Below, in pieces: positions 23,701-35,944 of a stretch of DNA of 64,000 nt. Origin of the DNA: Macrostomum lignano (taxonomy: Eukaryota); contig NIVC01001776.1 in assembly GCA_002269645.1 (NCBI GenBank), positions 337,990 to 401,989 on the forward strand. Reading direction: 5' to 3'. The notes below the pieces were generated by a model, which was not told the DNA's origin, did no database searches, and saw only the letters and a list, made by a program, of their open reading frames with translations. The position numbers were made by a program, and so were the translations under genes. How positions within the stretch are numbered: the first letter of the stretch is position 1; each line of letters opens with the position of its first letter.

Positions 23701-26700
23701 CTGCACCTCAAAGGAAACAGGTAACTTATTCTTCCTAACATCAATGGATTTTTTCCCGACATTTTGTATCTACTGTTGCATGTTCAAAACTGTATACTTA
23801 GATGTAACTGCTCAGTTGCGGGAGATGAGGCATCGACAGAGCTGAGCAATATCAGCAGCTTTGATGGAACCGCTCATCTGTGAACGTCTGCTGCTCCAGT
23901 TACCAAACCTGCACTGGATTGACCGTCTTTAAGTCTCTGCAGTGCAAATCTTTAAACCAGTAGAAAGACCATGGGGAGTGTAGTTCAAATACACACATTT
24001 TCCTTTGTCTGGAGTTCAAAAAATATTTAACCAATTGCTATGACAATCCAGAATGAACGATGAAGCAACTTCATTCATTCAGAGAATCACGAAAAATCGG
24101 CATCGTCGAGATATTCAGCGATTCTCCTCGGTGTGTCTGGTGGCAAAAACCACCAACATTGGCAACATTTTTCTGCTCACAAAATCTAACCATGAAACCA
24201 CGTCGGCTCACCAAACTATGCATATCAGTCGCAGGGGCTTTTGCTCTCAGCATCCCAGGCACCAGGGTCCCCTTCATCACCGTCTGGAGCATCGGCGGCG
24301 ACCGTCGGGACCTTCAACAAAAGCACCCGATCGGCATCTCAGAGACGGCTGCGTTCCCAAAACTGAAAAGGAAGAATCCTCTTCTGCATGCAGCATTCAG
24401 TCAGTAGACATAATCGGTGAATGAAATAGACGATGGCGACCCTCTAGGCTTACCTGCAGACATACAGGCGACCTTCGGGACCTTCAACGGAGTGCCAACA
24501 CGCGGCCTCGACGAGCTGGCACCGCCAACATAGTGATTTTTCTATCAAGGCACCAGACCAGGCATGTCTGCGTATTATACAATGGTCCTGCACCATGTTC
24601 AGCATTCAGCTCTGTCTGGACGACCTTCGGGACCTTCAACGGAGTGCCACCACGCGGCCCTGACGAGCTGGCACCGCCAACATCGTGATTTTTCGATCAA
24701 GGCACCAGACCAGACAATGCTTTTTCACCATGTTAAATTCGAAACTGCCTAAAATCGCCAGCGGACTGCCGCAACGGACAAGCTCTACGGCATCCGACGC
24801 CTGTGGGACACCTTTGTCAGTCAGCTGCGCCATCCTGTTCTTTCCGGGCCGTACCTCTGCGTCGACGAAAGTCTGGTTGTTTACTGGGGTGTGGACTGTG
24901 ACTTCACGGTATTTCTGAAGGAGAAGCCCGGTCGCAATGCTGCCAAGCTGTTCCTGCTGACATCGGCTGGGAATCCAGAGATTCAGGATGACATGGACAT
25001 CCGCTATGTGTTCAATGTGGAAATCTGCACTGGCAAAGGAACACTGCTGTCCACTACTTTTGCATCACAGGAATCCGATGCTCGGCTGGCCAAGGGCTCA
25101 GAGGTGTGGAGTGGTGAGCAGGTTATTTGCCGCTTGGCTGATCCATTCAGAGGACACTGATGCAACATCACATGTGACAGATTCTTCTCGAGTCCTGCGC
25201 TGGCCAATCTCTTGTACCGAGAAATGGGATTCATGTTTCTTGGAACAGTGATGCGCACTCATGGTGGTCTGCCACCCGATCTCAAGAATTCAACTCAAAG
25301 CATGGCACCACACACGAGCGAATTCCGGTTTGTTTTCTGAGGAGCTCACGTGCGTGTCCTACTGCCCCAAGCGTGATGTTGCTGTCCACCATGCATCACG
25401 ACAGACAATTTCTTCCCAATGGCAAGCCTGTAGCAATAGGCACGTACCAAGAGTTGGAGGTGCCAGCTTGTCAGGGCCGCGTGGTGCCACTCTGTTGAAG
25501 GTCCCGAAGGTCGTCCAGACAGAGCTGAATTCTGAACAGGACCATTGTATAATATGCAGACATGCCTGGTCTGGTGCCTTGATAGAAAAATCACGATATT
25601 GGCGGTGCCAGCTCGTCAGGGCCGCGTGTTGGCACTCCGTTGAAGGTCCCGAAAGCCTAGAGGTCCCGGTAAGCCTAGAGGGTCGCCATCGTCTATTTCA
25701 TTCACCGATTATGTCTACTAACTGAATGCTGTATGCAGAAGAGTATTCTTCCATTTCAGTTTTGGGAACGCAGCCGTCTCTGAGATGCCGATCGGGTGCT
25801 TTTGTTGAAGGTCCCGACGGTCGCCGCCGATGCTCCAGACGGTGATGAAGGGGACCCTGGTGCCTGGGATGCTGGAAAAAAAGGCCTGTACGACAGATGG
25901 ATCCAGATTATTGAGCCAATATGGATTCACCATAAAGGTTTATACAGTGTACTGTTGGTTGTCCTTGCCACCAGTGTCTTCGACAAGTATCGTTGAATAT
26001 CTCGACGATGCTGACGTCGGATGACTTTGAAAGTTAGTTCGTCGAAAAGGGCGGAAAATTTTGATCCATGTGGTGGACTTTTACGAAAATCGGTAATTCG
26101 GTTTGCGAGCTATCCTGAAATGGGTTGTGTGTATTTGTAATACATCCCGTGGTCTTTCCCCATGGGGAAAATAGCGTGGTATTTCTACTGTTAAACCAAC
26201 AGCCAGTTGGTAAAGATGGTGAGTAGTTGTTTGTGGTTAGTAATTCACAGTCATCGGGATTAAAAATGAGCAGCATTTGATCGGCTTCTATTAAGAGAAC
26301 GTCCTAGCTCTGTTGGTAGCCAGCCTTTGGTGGTTTTCTAAGAAAAGGAGTGTCCTGTCCCTCTGCCATAGTCGTCTTTGACAGGAAATTCTCAACTGGA
26401 AAGATTGGTAGACTGTAGCTGAGATATGTTTTATTAACATGGCCTAATTCACGACATGTTTCGTTTTAAAGTTGCAGCTCAGTGGGACGATCGCTCGGCA
26501 AGGTTTTTCTCACTTCTATTGGCTTCTATACTGGCTTCACTAGTTGTGGGCTTCCTTCTGTCTACAATATACCACAAATCTGGTATGCTTTTTACCTGCG
26601 AGAGAAATCCGGTGAGTCATATTTAAAATATTTCAAAATTCAATTTCAAATCTGCCAGAAAGTGTTTCACGTCATTATTTCGTACCATTTATGGTGCTGT

Positions 26701-27089
26701 GTTCATGCATACTCCATAGATCAAATTTCATAATGCATATTTCCTTAATGCTTCGACTATGAAATTGCGATTTTTAATTTATCCTTTATACATGGAATGA
26801 ATCCTGTAAGCTTGCAAAATTTCAGCCACAGAGAGGTCACACTGGACTGCGAAGTCAGCACAATGCAGGTCAGGCCGTCCCAATGCGAATACGGAACAAC
26901 TTCGCAGTGCAAAATGACTCACACGGCAGCAGTGAATACGACTATCCAACAACCGAGCAGCCAGGAAGCTGCCAAAATGAACAGTTGGGTCAAGAAGGTG
27001 CCTACACACAGGTGCTGCTGGTTCCTTTACAACAGGGACCACTGAATGAAGGTCGGGTTTACGTCAACCAGACTGAAAATGCTACTTGA
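17719..27089 (+). CDS. Receptor B: 14-exon type I membrane protein (~723 aa), mosaic of A-like and C-like exons
   Basis: Exons 17719-17797, 17880-18068, 19469-19626, 19718-19784, 19879-20057, 20492-20627, 20811-20965, 21151-21331, 21578-21744, 21830-21974, 22050-22168, 23528-23720, 26472-26611, 26826-27089; total 2172 nt, open. Signal MMTKGLGTILLLMALWKAEA; TM FFSLLLASILASLVVGFLLSTIY; tail has EYDYP, AYTQV, VYVNQ. Confidence 0.8.
18140..19447. repeat. 39-bp minisatellite in intron 2 of receptor B (~33 units)
   Basis: Same unit as 8520-9017. Confidence 0.95.
21390..21560. repeat. 15-bp minisatellite CCCTCACCCAGCCAC in intron 8 of receptor B
   Basis: Same unit and position as in receptor C (38025-38385). 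Confidence 0.95.
22310..23105. repeat. 21-bp minisatellite GACTAGAGAACCCAGGTGATT in intron 11 of receptor B
   Basis: Directly visible tandem array. Confidence 0.95.
23956..26190. mobile_element. piggyBac-derived fold-back element in intron 12 of receptor B
   Basis: Decayed transposase DKLYGIRRLWDTF...PYLCVDESLV...EKPG...NITCDRFFSS...LGTV on + (about 24770-25400). TTAA at 23952-23955 and 26191-26194. Long inverted arms about 24110-24700 vs 25440-26010. Confidence 0.8.
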
Positions 27090-27464
27090 GTCAGTTGAGA
27101 ATTCAAGTAAGAACTTGAGAGACTGTGAGATAGATTTTGACATTGTTGCTTGCCAAGTGCACCAGTGTCCAATATTCAGTCATGTGACCCATAATGAAAC
27201 ACTTCAAACCGATTCTGACTTGGCAACAAGTCGGTACTGCTATGCTTAATGATGCGACAATACTGATCACTTTGTGCACTATTTACTAGCTCTGATTTGT
27301 AGCTCTTTTTTTTTAAAAGTGATGTCAACTGAGGCCTTGGAGTTTGGAATTGAGAGACGAGGAATCGATATACGCTCGTATAATCTAATTGTGGTAAAAC
27401 GAGTGTTAATGCCACGTTTTCTGTTTTTATGCGTCTTGTCCATATATATGCATGGCTGCTGACT

Positions 27465-27713
27465 GCATAACTTCGAAGAGTATCTTCAATAACTAGAAAG
27501 CAATTTCCTAGAAAGCAAACATCAACGACGAACGGAAAGCAAGCTGTCTTTGTATTTGTCTTTGTCTTTCTGCTTTGTCTTTTGTCGAAGTTATGCATAC
27601 ATGTATAAGCCGTTTAACCAACCTCTCTGCTGCTTTGTCTTTAACTGTCATCTTGCTTTCCGTTCGTCGTTGATGTGTGCTTTCTAGGAAATTGCTTTCT
27701 AGTTATTGAAGAG
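27465..27713. repeat. Interleaved inverted repeats (MITE-like)
   Basis: CTTCAATAACTAGAAAGC...GAACGGAAAGCAAG (about 27485-27543) pairs with about 27652-27712. TGCATAACTTCGA (27465) pairs with TCGAAGTTATGCA (27585). Confidence 0.7.
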
Positions 27714-27984
27714 TTCGCTATAGCACACTAGAGAGAGGGGGAAAGAGAGAGAGAGAGAGAACAGAGAGAGAGAATTAAGTCTAGTGTCTAAACGCACGAA
27801 CTCCCACTTCCAGACCTCAAGCCTGGGAACAGAATTCAGTGATCACTTACTGCTGCCAGCTCCTCTTCTTTGTCGGGCAGGTCCGTAGAGCTTGTCTCCT
27901 CAATGTGGTCTTCCTCCGGAGTTGTCTTCTTGAATTATAAAGTCGGCCGAGTATGAGAGCTTAACAGTTTAATCCGTCGACGTC

Positions 27985-28330
27985 GATATATTCCTCGAGT
28001 GCAGAAATCCAATATATTCCTCGAGTGCAGAAAATCAATACGAGCTGTATTCCTCGAATGCAGAAAATCAATATTCCTCGAGTGCAGAAATCCAATATAT
28101 TCCTCGAGTGCAGAAATCCAATATATTCCTCGAGTGCAGAAATCCAATATATTCCTTGAGTGCAGAAATCCAATGTTTTCCTCGAGTGCAGAAATCCAAT
28201 GTATTCCTCGAGTGCAGAAATCCAATGTATTCCTCGAGTGCAGAAATCCAATGTATTCCTCGAGTGCAGAAATCCAATGTATTCCTCGAGTGCAGAAATC
28301 CAATGTATTCCTCGAGTGCAGAAATCCAAA
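27985..28330. repeat. 26-bp minisatellite TATTCCTCGAGTGCAGAAATCCAATG
   Basis: Period 26 (28201, 28227). Confidence 0.95.
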
Positions 28331-30320
28331 TCAAAGATGCGCCCTAATAAAATCAACTCTATAACAATGACGAGGTCCTCCAGAAAGGGCGTCTTCTTCT
28401 AGAAATAACAGAATCAGAGCCGTGTGCCCTTATCTGTTACTCTAGGGTACCAAATAAATCAAATCAATAATCCTTTAAGAGTATCGGAATCGGTCCGCAG
28501 ATCCTATCGAATCCCTTAAGAATAGGGAGGCTCTCAAAAATCAAACAACAAAGACTCTGACAAAGGCTTACTAATTGGTACTTGTCTCCCTCAGAGACTT
28601 AGCCTCGTTTGGCTGCTCTGGCAAAGCCCAAGATCTCTTGAGGCCGCCCGAGGCTGCTCCGAGTCTGCTCGGAGTTTTCGCTTGTACACAATTTATACAC
28701 AATTTAAGTCGACCTTTGAGCCCCCAACCGGTTTTATTGATGAGATCAAAAATTGATTTTGTCCTTTGACCGGTGAGGTTTTTGAATAGAAAAGGGTGAG
28801 ACTTGGCTCGCATTCAAGTTAACATTTACCATATTTGGAAGTAGATGTTGAAAAACCGGTTTTTCGAACGATAGAATGATCAGTCGCTGTTTTCGTGATT
28901 ACTGGTATTACTAAAAATAGAGTATGTCGCATGCTATTTTTAAATATGTGTTCATATTTTTATCTTACTACTTCTAGTAGTCTACTGTGCTTCTGAGATC
29001 TCTACACTCTTAGAAATTTGCTTTGTTTAAAGCGACTTATTCAAACGTCCCTTTCTATGATGTTATTCGAGTTCACATTTTGCCATAACAATAACAATAA
29101 TTAAACTCGATTTCTTGGTCAAGAATCCAAATATATATTTTTCCGATTCAAAATTCAGTCAACAGGTTTGTTTTCTGATGCAACTGGAAGTACTTGTAGG
29201 CCCTCTGTACCTCTGAGACGCTGAATTGATAGATGTGGTCTTTGGTTGCGGTCGGGTTCTTCTTGACGAGTAGTAGATTGAAGAGCCGGCTTATAGTATT
29301 TGTACTTTCAATAGCAGAGGCCCAATGAGATTCTGGGAAATAGCTATGTGCTCCAAGGGAAAATGAGAGGACTGCATCAAAACTCAACAATGGGCTGAAT
29401 AGCCGAGTAGTATAGGTCATTGGTTGCGTAGCTCGTATACGAATGGAGCAGATTCTTAATGTTACAGGCGGACTTATTTTTCGACGCAGGAGGGATTAGA
29501 AAAAGGATTAGAAAGTCCTGAAGGACTTATCACAGGCTTAAACGTCCTTGGAAGCACTGGGCACGCTATAGTGCTCTCCGTAAGTTTCTGTTACTCATTA
29601 GGACTGCTTGTTTACAGATGTGATAGGGAAAGCGCTTTCGGCAACCTAGTTTACTGTAAGCGTACATGATTGATGCATTTGATTGATTTCAGTTTAGGGG
29701 TTCTCTGGGTGCGCACATTATGGTAGAATAAAATTCATGCAACGATTGTTCATGTCGGTGTCTAAAGGTCAACTGAATGCTTATGTAGAGCTAACATTAG
29801 TCACATTCTATTTTCAGCATTTTTTAGATTTACAAACGCATTTTCTTACCATACTACTAGCCATACAAAAACAAATTGAATACCTGTACATTATTAAGTC
29901 GGTTTTTCTGCTGTTACTGCACTCTACATGGGTTTTTCTTGTGCTTTGGCTCGACTCTTATCTCTTTTGCTTAAAAATGTGCAGTATATGCTGAAGCTAA
30001 GATTGCAAGATAGAATTTTTGTATAAATTACAGAAAAGCCAGACACTGATACTTGATTTATAAAAAAGTAAATTGGTAAAAGCTAATACTAACTAAACTA
30101 AAGTACGGCTTTTGAATTCAAGTACGTCTTTAGTTCTTTGCGGCTCGAATCGTTTTGCAATGTCTGATAAGCTAAACAGCGGAAATTTCAAACTAACATT
30201 TGCACTTTTGAATCTGAAAGTCTTCATCTTGTTGTCATTGGTTTCAGAGTAAGAAATGAATAGAATGCTTTTTAATATCGCATCCCATTGTACCAAAGAA
30301 TTTTTTGTTCCGCATTTCAG

Positions 30321-30690
30321 ACACCATGCCGCAAATCACTATTGTGTGAGCCGACTGACGCTGAGTCTGCGACTCAACGATTTCTACCACAGGGACGAGC
30401 TCATCATTCCGCAGCTGTCAGATGAGTCTGAGCAGAGTTTGATGAAGCGCAGGATCTGTAAGTGGGCCGTCAGAGCAGACTCCAGAAGGAGGGATCTTCA
30501 ACTCGTGCTGGAAGGGCGAACAGCGGGTTTTGGGAAAAACCCTGTCAGTTGAAACATTCGCTACTCACCGGGTTCAAGAGGATGGGCGACTTCTTGCGAA
30601 TGCATAAATTACCGAAAGATGACACTGGCGAAGCGCTTGCAGCAGCTACTGCAGGAGCGTGGATATTGACCTTTATAAACAATTAAATCA
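30321..30690 (+). pseudogene. Frameshifted paralogous exon of the CUB-like/C-type lectin receptor (gene G)
   Basis: AANHYCVSRLTLSLRLNDFYHRDELIIPQL...ICKWAVR matches 43686-44003 with the same phase-2 acceptor. Frame shifts near 30515 (NSGFW vs NSSFW). Confidence 0.6.
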
Positions 30691-33429
30691 CGGGGCCTAC
30701 GTGTGTTCAGCTTGAACTTTACGGACGAGGCCTACTATTGCCCTACAAAGTGCCACGGATGTGCAAAACATCCGTTTTCGCTGGGACGCAATCCCAAACC
30801 AAGAGTTGATGCTGCCTCGGCTCGTTCAAATAGACCAGCTACCCTCTGTGCGAAGGACTGATAAACGACGAAGAGGCAGACGACATGTACCCTCCAGTGC
30901 TGGGGCCAATTAGCAATCTATCTGGCAGCCGAGCCTGCGACTTGCCTGCTGCCAGTGCTGTGGCAGAGCAACCTTCGGCTACCAGATTCTGCGCCGAGAA
31001 CAGCTGTTGCGGCTGAAAGCTCTCACCTCTGCAGCCGATTCGCGGATTCCAAGCGCTAGAGGCAACGATCAAGCGGCTGCAGCAACGATCCCGAAAGCAA
31101 CAGGCGAATCAAGCGGCTGCAGCGGCAATCCCGAAAGCGACAGGCAAATCAAGCGGCTGCAGCGGCAACTCTCGATGGTCAAGGCAAGTGCAGCGCAGTC
31201 GTGCACCCATGGACTGTGGAGGCGTGGCTAGCGCAGCTTCCAGCGGTCGACTGGGCGCTCGCAGTCAGGGGTGCTCTGGTCAAAGGATGTCATCTCATCA
31301 GCAGCTCATTGCAGCTGCACCACAAAAGTACTGCTGCTTATTGGCTGCCTGTTACGAAACCACTGAGGATTGGCTCTCCATCGGATACATCCCATTGACC
31401 TTGAAGAGGCACATTCGCCAGTTTTTTTCATCTGTTGGGCCGTGCTGAATGCTGCCTCTGAACAAAGGCGACTGGCGACCCTGTGCTTCGACAGCACGCT
31501 GCGAAAGTTTCACAAACAGATGAGCTGATTAAGATGAGAAATCTTTCTATTTTGCTACACGAATATGGAGTATATGATATAGCTCGTATTTGCTAAATAT
31601 ACAATAGTTGACTGCAATAATATAGCCTTCAATGCAATCTAAAGCATTCACAATGTTGCTTTGAATTGTAGAAAGTATAATTATAAGTTTCTTTTTGCAA
31701 AAAAATCAATACAACTGCTGCATTGCATTCATTTTGTTTTTTTATTCTTTAAAAATATAAATAACGCTAAAATGTTTTTACTACTACTAAGCAGAAAGTA
31801 GAGTAAACTGTTGTGTTGTGAAAATTAACTGGAGTGGCCTATCTAGTGTTTATAGTATCTGTGGCCTGGACCCTGGCACGCAACAAAATCCAAGTCTACC
31901 CGGCGCCGCGGGCACAGTGCAATTCAGCTTAGCGAGCGGCCGGCCAGACGACCACCACCCGGCTTGAGGGGGGGGGGGTTGTGAGGGGTCTGACAGTGAC
32001 TATAAATGAAATGTGTTTGGCGGTCGGATCTCACTTCTTTCCCTGGCTTTTGGTTTTGTTCCAACTTGCCCTTTGGTTTCGCGCTTTGAGGCGCTCGATT
32101 TCTTCACCCCGGTCCGTGTTTTACTCCCTGCCCGACCGCTTCAGTCTTATAGCGTAACGATACGGCATCAGTGTCTGAAGTCGTCGCTATCGAGCGCGGT
32201 TTAGATAGAGACTGACGGATTCGATCAAGTACGTGGCCTCGACCCCGAGGGCCTCAGTGTCACACTGAAGGGCAGCGCTGATAGAACTTAGTCAGTGCTC
32301 CGCTGAACAGTCAATTCGCCAGAGCTCTCGTTGAGAGTAGGTTCTGGGTTAGGCCAGTGGTTAGGAATATTTCTCCGTGGTTCCGTGTTCGGTTTCTTCT
32401 TCTTTAAGCTGAGATCCGCTCGCCAGTGCGTTATCTAACTATTAATTATTATTACCGTTTTTGTTCGTTTATCAGTGCTCGAAATTTAATTGCGTTGCGG
32501 ATTTGTAAGAAGGATTGTAATCAACTTGAAGTCATTTAATTAAATCGTCTGAGTCCATTACTCATTAGCTATTCTTACTAGGATTATCACTCTCTAAATC
32601 TATTCGGATCGTTTTCACCTGTGTTCTTCCTTTTCTTATACCGTACTGCGGCTATTGGAGAAAGATTGGTAGAACTCGCCGACCGGCGATAGGCAAGTAG
32701 GGCCAAGAGTTTTAAAATCTCTGAACGCTCCAAAAATAGGTCTGTCTAGGGCCTAAACTATTGCTTATCGTGCATGCTATTTATTTAATTATATTCATCA
32801 CACAAGGCTTTTTATGTCTATGGTCAAGGCTTCTTATGTGTATGGTCAAGATCAGATCTACTGCTGCCAAATGAGAATTGTCAAATTAGTTTTTGCTTCA
32901 CCTATCAACTTTTTTGTTCTGAGCTCTGCTTCAATGCTCCGTTGCTCTGGCTGCCAAGCTTCTATCGATGTATTCGAATCTATCTATAGAATTTTGTGTG
33001 TTGTACAGTTGCTGTTACCCTCGATCTGTTAGTAGTAGGTAGCCCTGATAGATGCCACTGTAGTTATCGTCAGTTATGTCATAAAAATCCTAACAGTCCT
33101 GGATCGGTAATGCAGTGCAGAATTCTACATGTGAATGTTTTAACTGAGAAGTGCAAAGTAAAGCTTTTTTAACGTGTCTCAATACTTTAATCTCTTGGAG
33201 TACATGGTCAGTTTGAATTCTCTCAGGGTTGCCTTTAATAAGCTTTGATCTGTCATTCGTCTGGATTTTGGCTTCTAACAGATCAGCCTATATATGCATA
33301 GAAAATGAGCAATGGTTAGTTAATATTGTCACAAGTACATAAGGAATAAACCATATTTTTATGAAGCATTAAATAACTGCATGATATGGTTTCAATATTA
33401 TTACGTAGGAATCATAGCACTTTTTCAAT

Positions 33430-33782
33430 AGGGGCTGTGTGCAACCATGGCGCACTTTAAGCGACATTGTCACACAACCGGCGAAGACATTGCTGCCTGC
33501 CCATTCAGCCGACTCCCCTGAGCTGCAGACACGCAAACGCGCAGATACGTACGCTGTCATACGCACAGGAACACACTCACACAGGAGTGCACAGCGGCCC
33601 TGACTTTATTTATCATTAGGCATGTACACTTCACTGCGCCTTGGGTGGTTGGCCCTCAAGGCGCGGTAAATTTCCAAACCGAGATTCCAATTGAGCCCCA
33701 AATTAATGACTGCAGCACTCGAACCCCGGCCGCAGGTACATCAGGGCTCCGCGCTGAACCTCTGGGCTACGGCCCCCTACAG
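33430..33782 (-). mobile_element. tRNA-derived SINE, family 2
   Basis: Reverse strand begins GGGGCCGTAGCCCAGAGG...GGTTCGAGT; body homologous to 40995-41362 and 50291-50690. Confidence 0.75.
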
Positions 33783-34151
33783 TAGATGTTACTTATTCCA
33801 GTATGCATGCTTCAATAATGCATGGCAACAAACTGCGGAAGTTTTAAATAACCGCGTCTAAACGTACACACGTTATTGAAGCTGATTGACGCGTGCAACT
33901 CCTGCATGCACACAGCACCTCATCGTACATGTAGCATAAACTACAAGTTAAAGCAGTGCGAGAAGCACTTCGGGTGTGTCATAAGTAATGTCACTGCATG
34001 TCTGTCAAAAGTATGCAGGCATATGCACTTGTGGGTAGTGCAGCTGCAAGGTATAGTTAGTGAAGCAATACCAGCGCATTTGAAACGTGCATAGGATGTT
34101 TGTTGCAAAACTTATCGCAAGAATTCGATAAGCAGATTTAGCAAGCGCAAC

Positions 34152-34648
34152 CATGGAGGAAAGAATAGAATGGAGTGCTAATCTGAGCCAGTTATTTTTT
34201 TCTACCTCGATCTTTACTTTTAGCATCCATTTCACCCCGTTCCTTCCTATTGGTTCGTGACAGCGATATTGCGTTCAGAGGGTGTTACTTTCACAGGGTG
34301 TTACTTTCACAGGGTGTTACTTTCAGAGGGTGTTACTTTCACAGGGTGTTACTTTCACAGGGTGTTACTTTCACAGGGTGTTACTTTCACAGGGTGTTAC
34401 TTTCAGAGGGTGTTACTTTCACAGGGTGTTACTTTCACAGGGTGTTACTTTCACAGGGTGTTACTTTCACAGGGTGTTACTTTCAGAGGGGTACGAAAAC
34501 GAACACGAGACGAAAACGACTTTGTCTATGGCAGTCACGAGCCAATATGGAGGAAATGAGGGAGGGGAAAGGGATGCTAAATGTGAAGATCGAGAGAGAC
34601 AAAAATAACTGGCTCAGATGAGCACTCCATTCTATTCTTTCCTCCATG
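34152..34648. mobile_element. 497-bp MITE with ~115-bp TIRs and an internal 16-bp tandem array (TTACTTTCACAGGGTG)
   Basis: Ends CATGGAGGAAAGAATAGAATGGAGTGCT / reverse complement. 8-bp TSD AGCGCAAC vs AGCACAAC (one mismatch). Confidence 0.85.
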
Positions 34649-34695
34649 AGCACAACGCGTTGAAAATTCGTCTATTCGGCGAACACAAATCACCA

Positions 34696-35210
34696 TGAAT
34701 CACGACAAGACGCACATCCAGTTCTACACTTTCGTTCGCTTTGAGCTTGGAAAATCTGCTGCTGAAGTAGAGGACGATCTCCGGATCCCAGTGCCAGACA
34801 GCTCAAGTCGAATTTTATAATCTACAGATGGTTCCAGGACTTCAGTAGTCATGGGTTTGAATTGGGAGATGCCCCCAGATTTGGCCGACCATGCATGCTC
34901 AACTAGGACAACAGAGAACATCGATGTCATCAGCGATCTGGTCAAGGAAGACCCACGGCAGTCTGTCAGTGAGCTAGCGGACTGCTTGGAGATTGATTTC
35001 GAGACAGTCCATCGCATCCTGACAGAGGATCTCCATCACCGCAATGTCTGCTCAGTCTGGGTGCCCCGCGACCTCACTGCGGACCAGCCGCAGCTTCTTG
35101 TGAACTGCCCCAAGCAGATGCGCAAGGTGTTCAGCAGCCGGGGCTTGAATGACATCCTAAACTGCCTGGTTGTTGAGGATGAAACCTGGCTGAGGTGGAG
35201 AAGCTGTGTG
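34696..35210 (+). mobile_element. Truncated mariner transposase remnant
   Basis: DLVKEDPRQSVSELADCLEIDFETVHRILTEDL...WVPRDLT...VVEDETW. Confidence 0.85.
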
Positions 35211-35944
35211 AGCACTACTGCCAGAGGGCGATTGAGAATGGGGGACTCTGTGTTGCTGAGTGATACAGTTTTGTTTATCTGTGATTGCAAGTTCGTCTGT
35301 TTTCACATCAGTGGCATTACTTATGACACACCCGAAGTACATTACATGTGAATTGCTAAACTCTCGTGTGTAGCTAGATGAAAACGAATTCAAAACCGTA
35401 CCAACAGCAACTGCAATCAACTATAAGTTTATATTTAGCTTTCACTTGACTATTTTAATTTGAATTACTTTTATTTGTGTTTCAGAGTTAATACCTTCAT
35501 GTTGGATACCGCAATGCACAATATACCGCAACATGCTTTCACAGGACACTCTAAATTATATAATTTTTTTAATTTGTTAAAATCTGTCCTTTCTAACTGG
35601 AAGCAGCATCTGGGCAAACGCAGGCTCTTCTGTGTTGTTTATCGGGTCACATGACAGCCACCATCCAAGAGTAGAGTTCCTATAGTTTAGTGGTAACAAA
35701 CCATAAGCATGCCAAAACTTGCATGGAAACCACACAGACAGAAGGAATAGATTGACTGCTACTGCAGTTCTGGATGCGGTCTGATATGATGGGGCTGAAG
35801 TTCTGCAGCTGCCGAACTTCTTCAAGCTATATTTAGGACCTTTAATATAAAATTAAATACCAAAGACCTGCAGTTTTAAATTTTCAAATACGAGCTAGCA
35901 AGCAAGAAGCAAAAAGGTAATCATACTAGCGTATTAAAAATACT

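Noticed and set aside
31060-31170. Short ~40-bp triplicated unit as a coding repeat
   Set aside because: Too few units and no consistent exon context.
31860-32720. Possible solo LTR
   Set aside because: It starts TGTGG and has a TATA-like motif, but no matching CA end, TSD or second copy was found.
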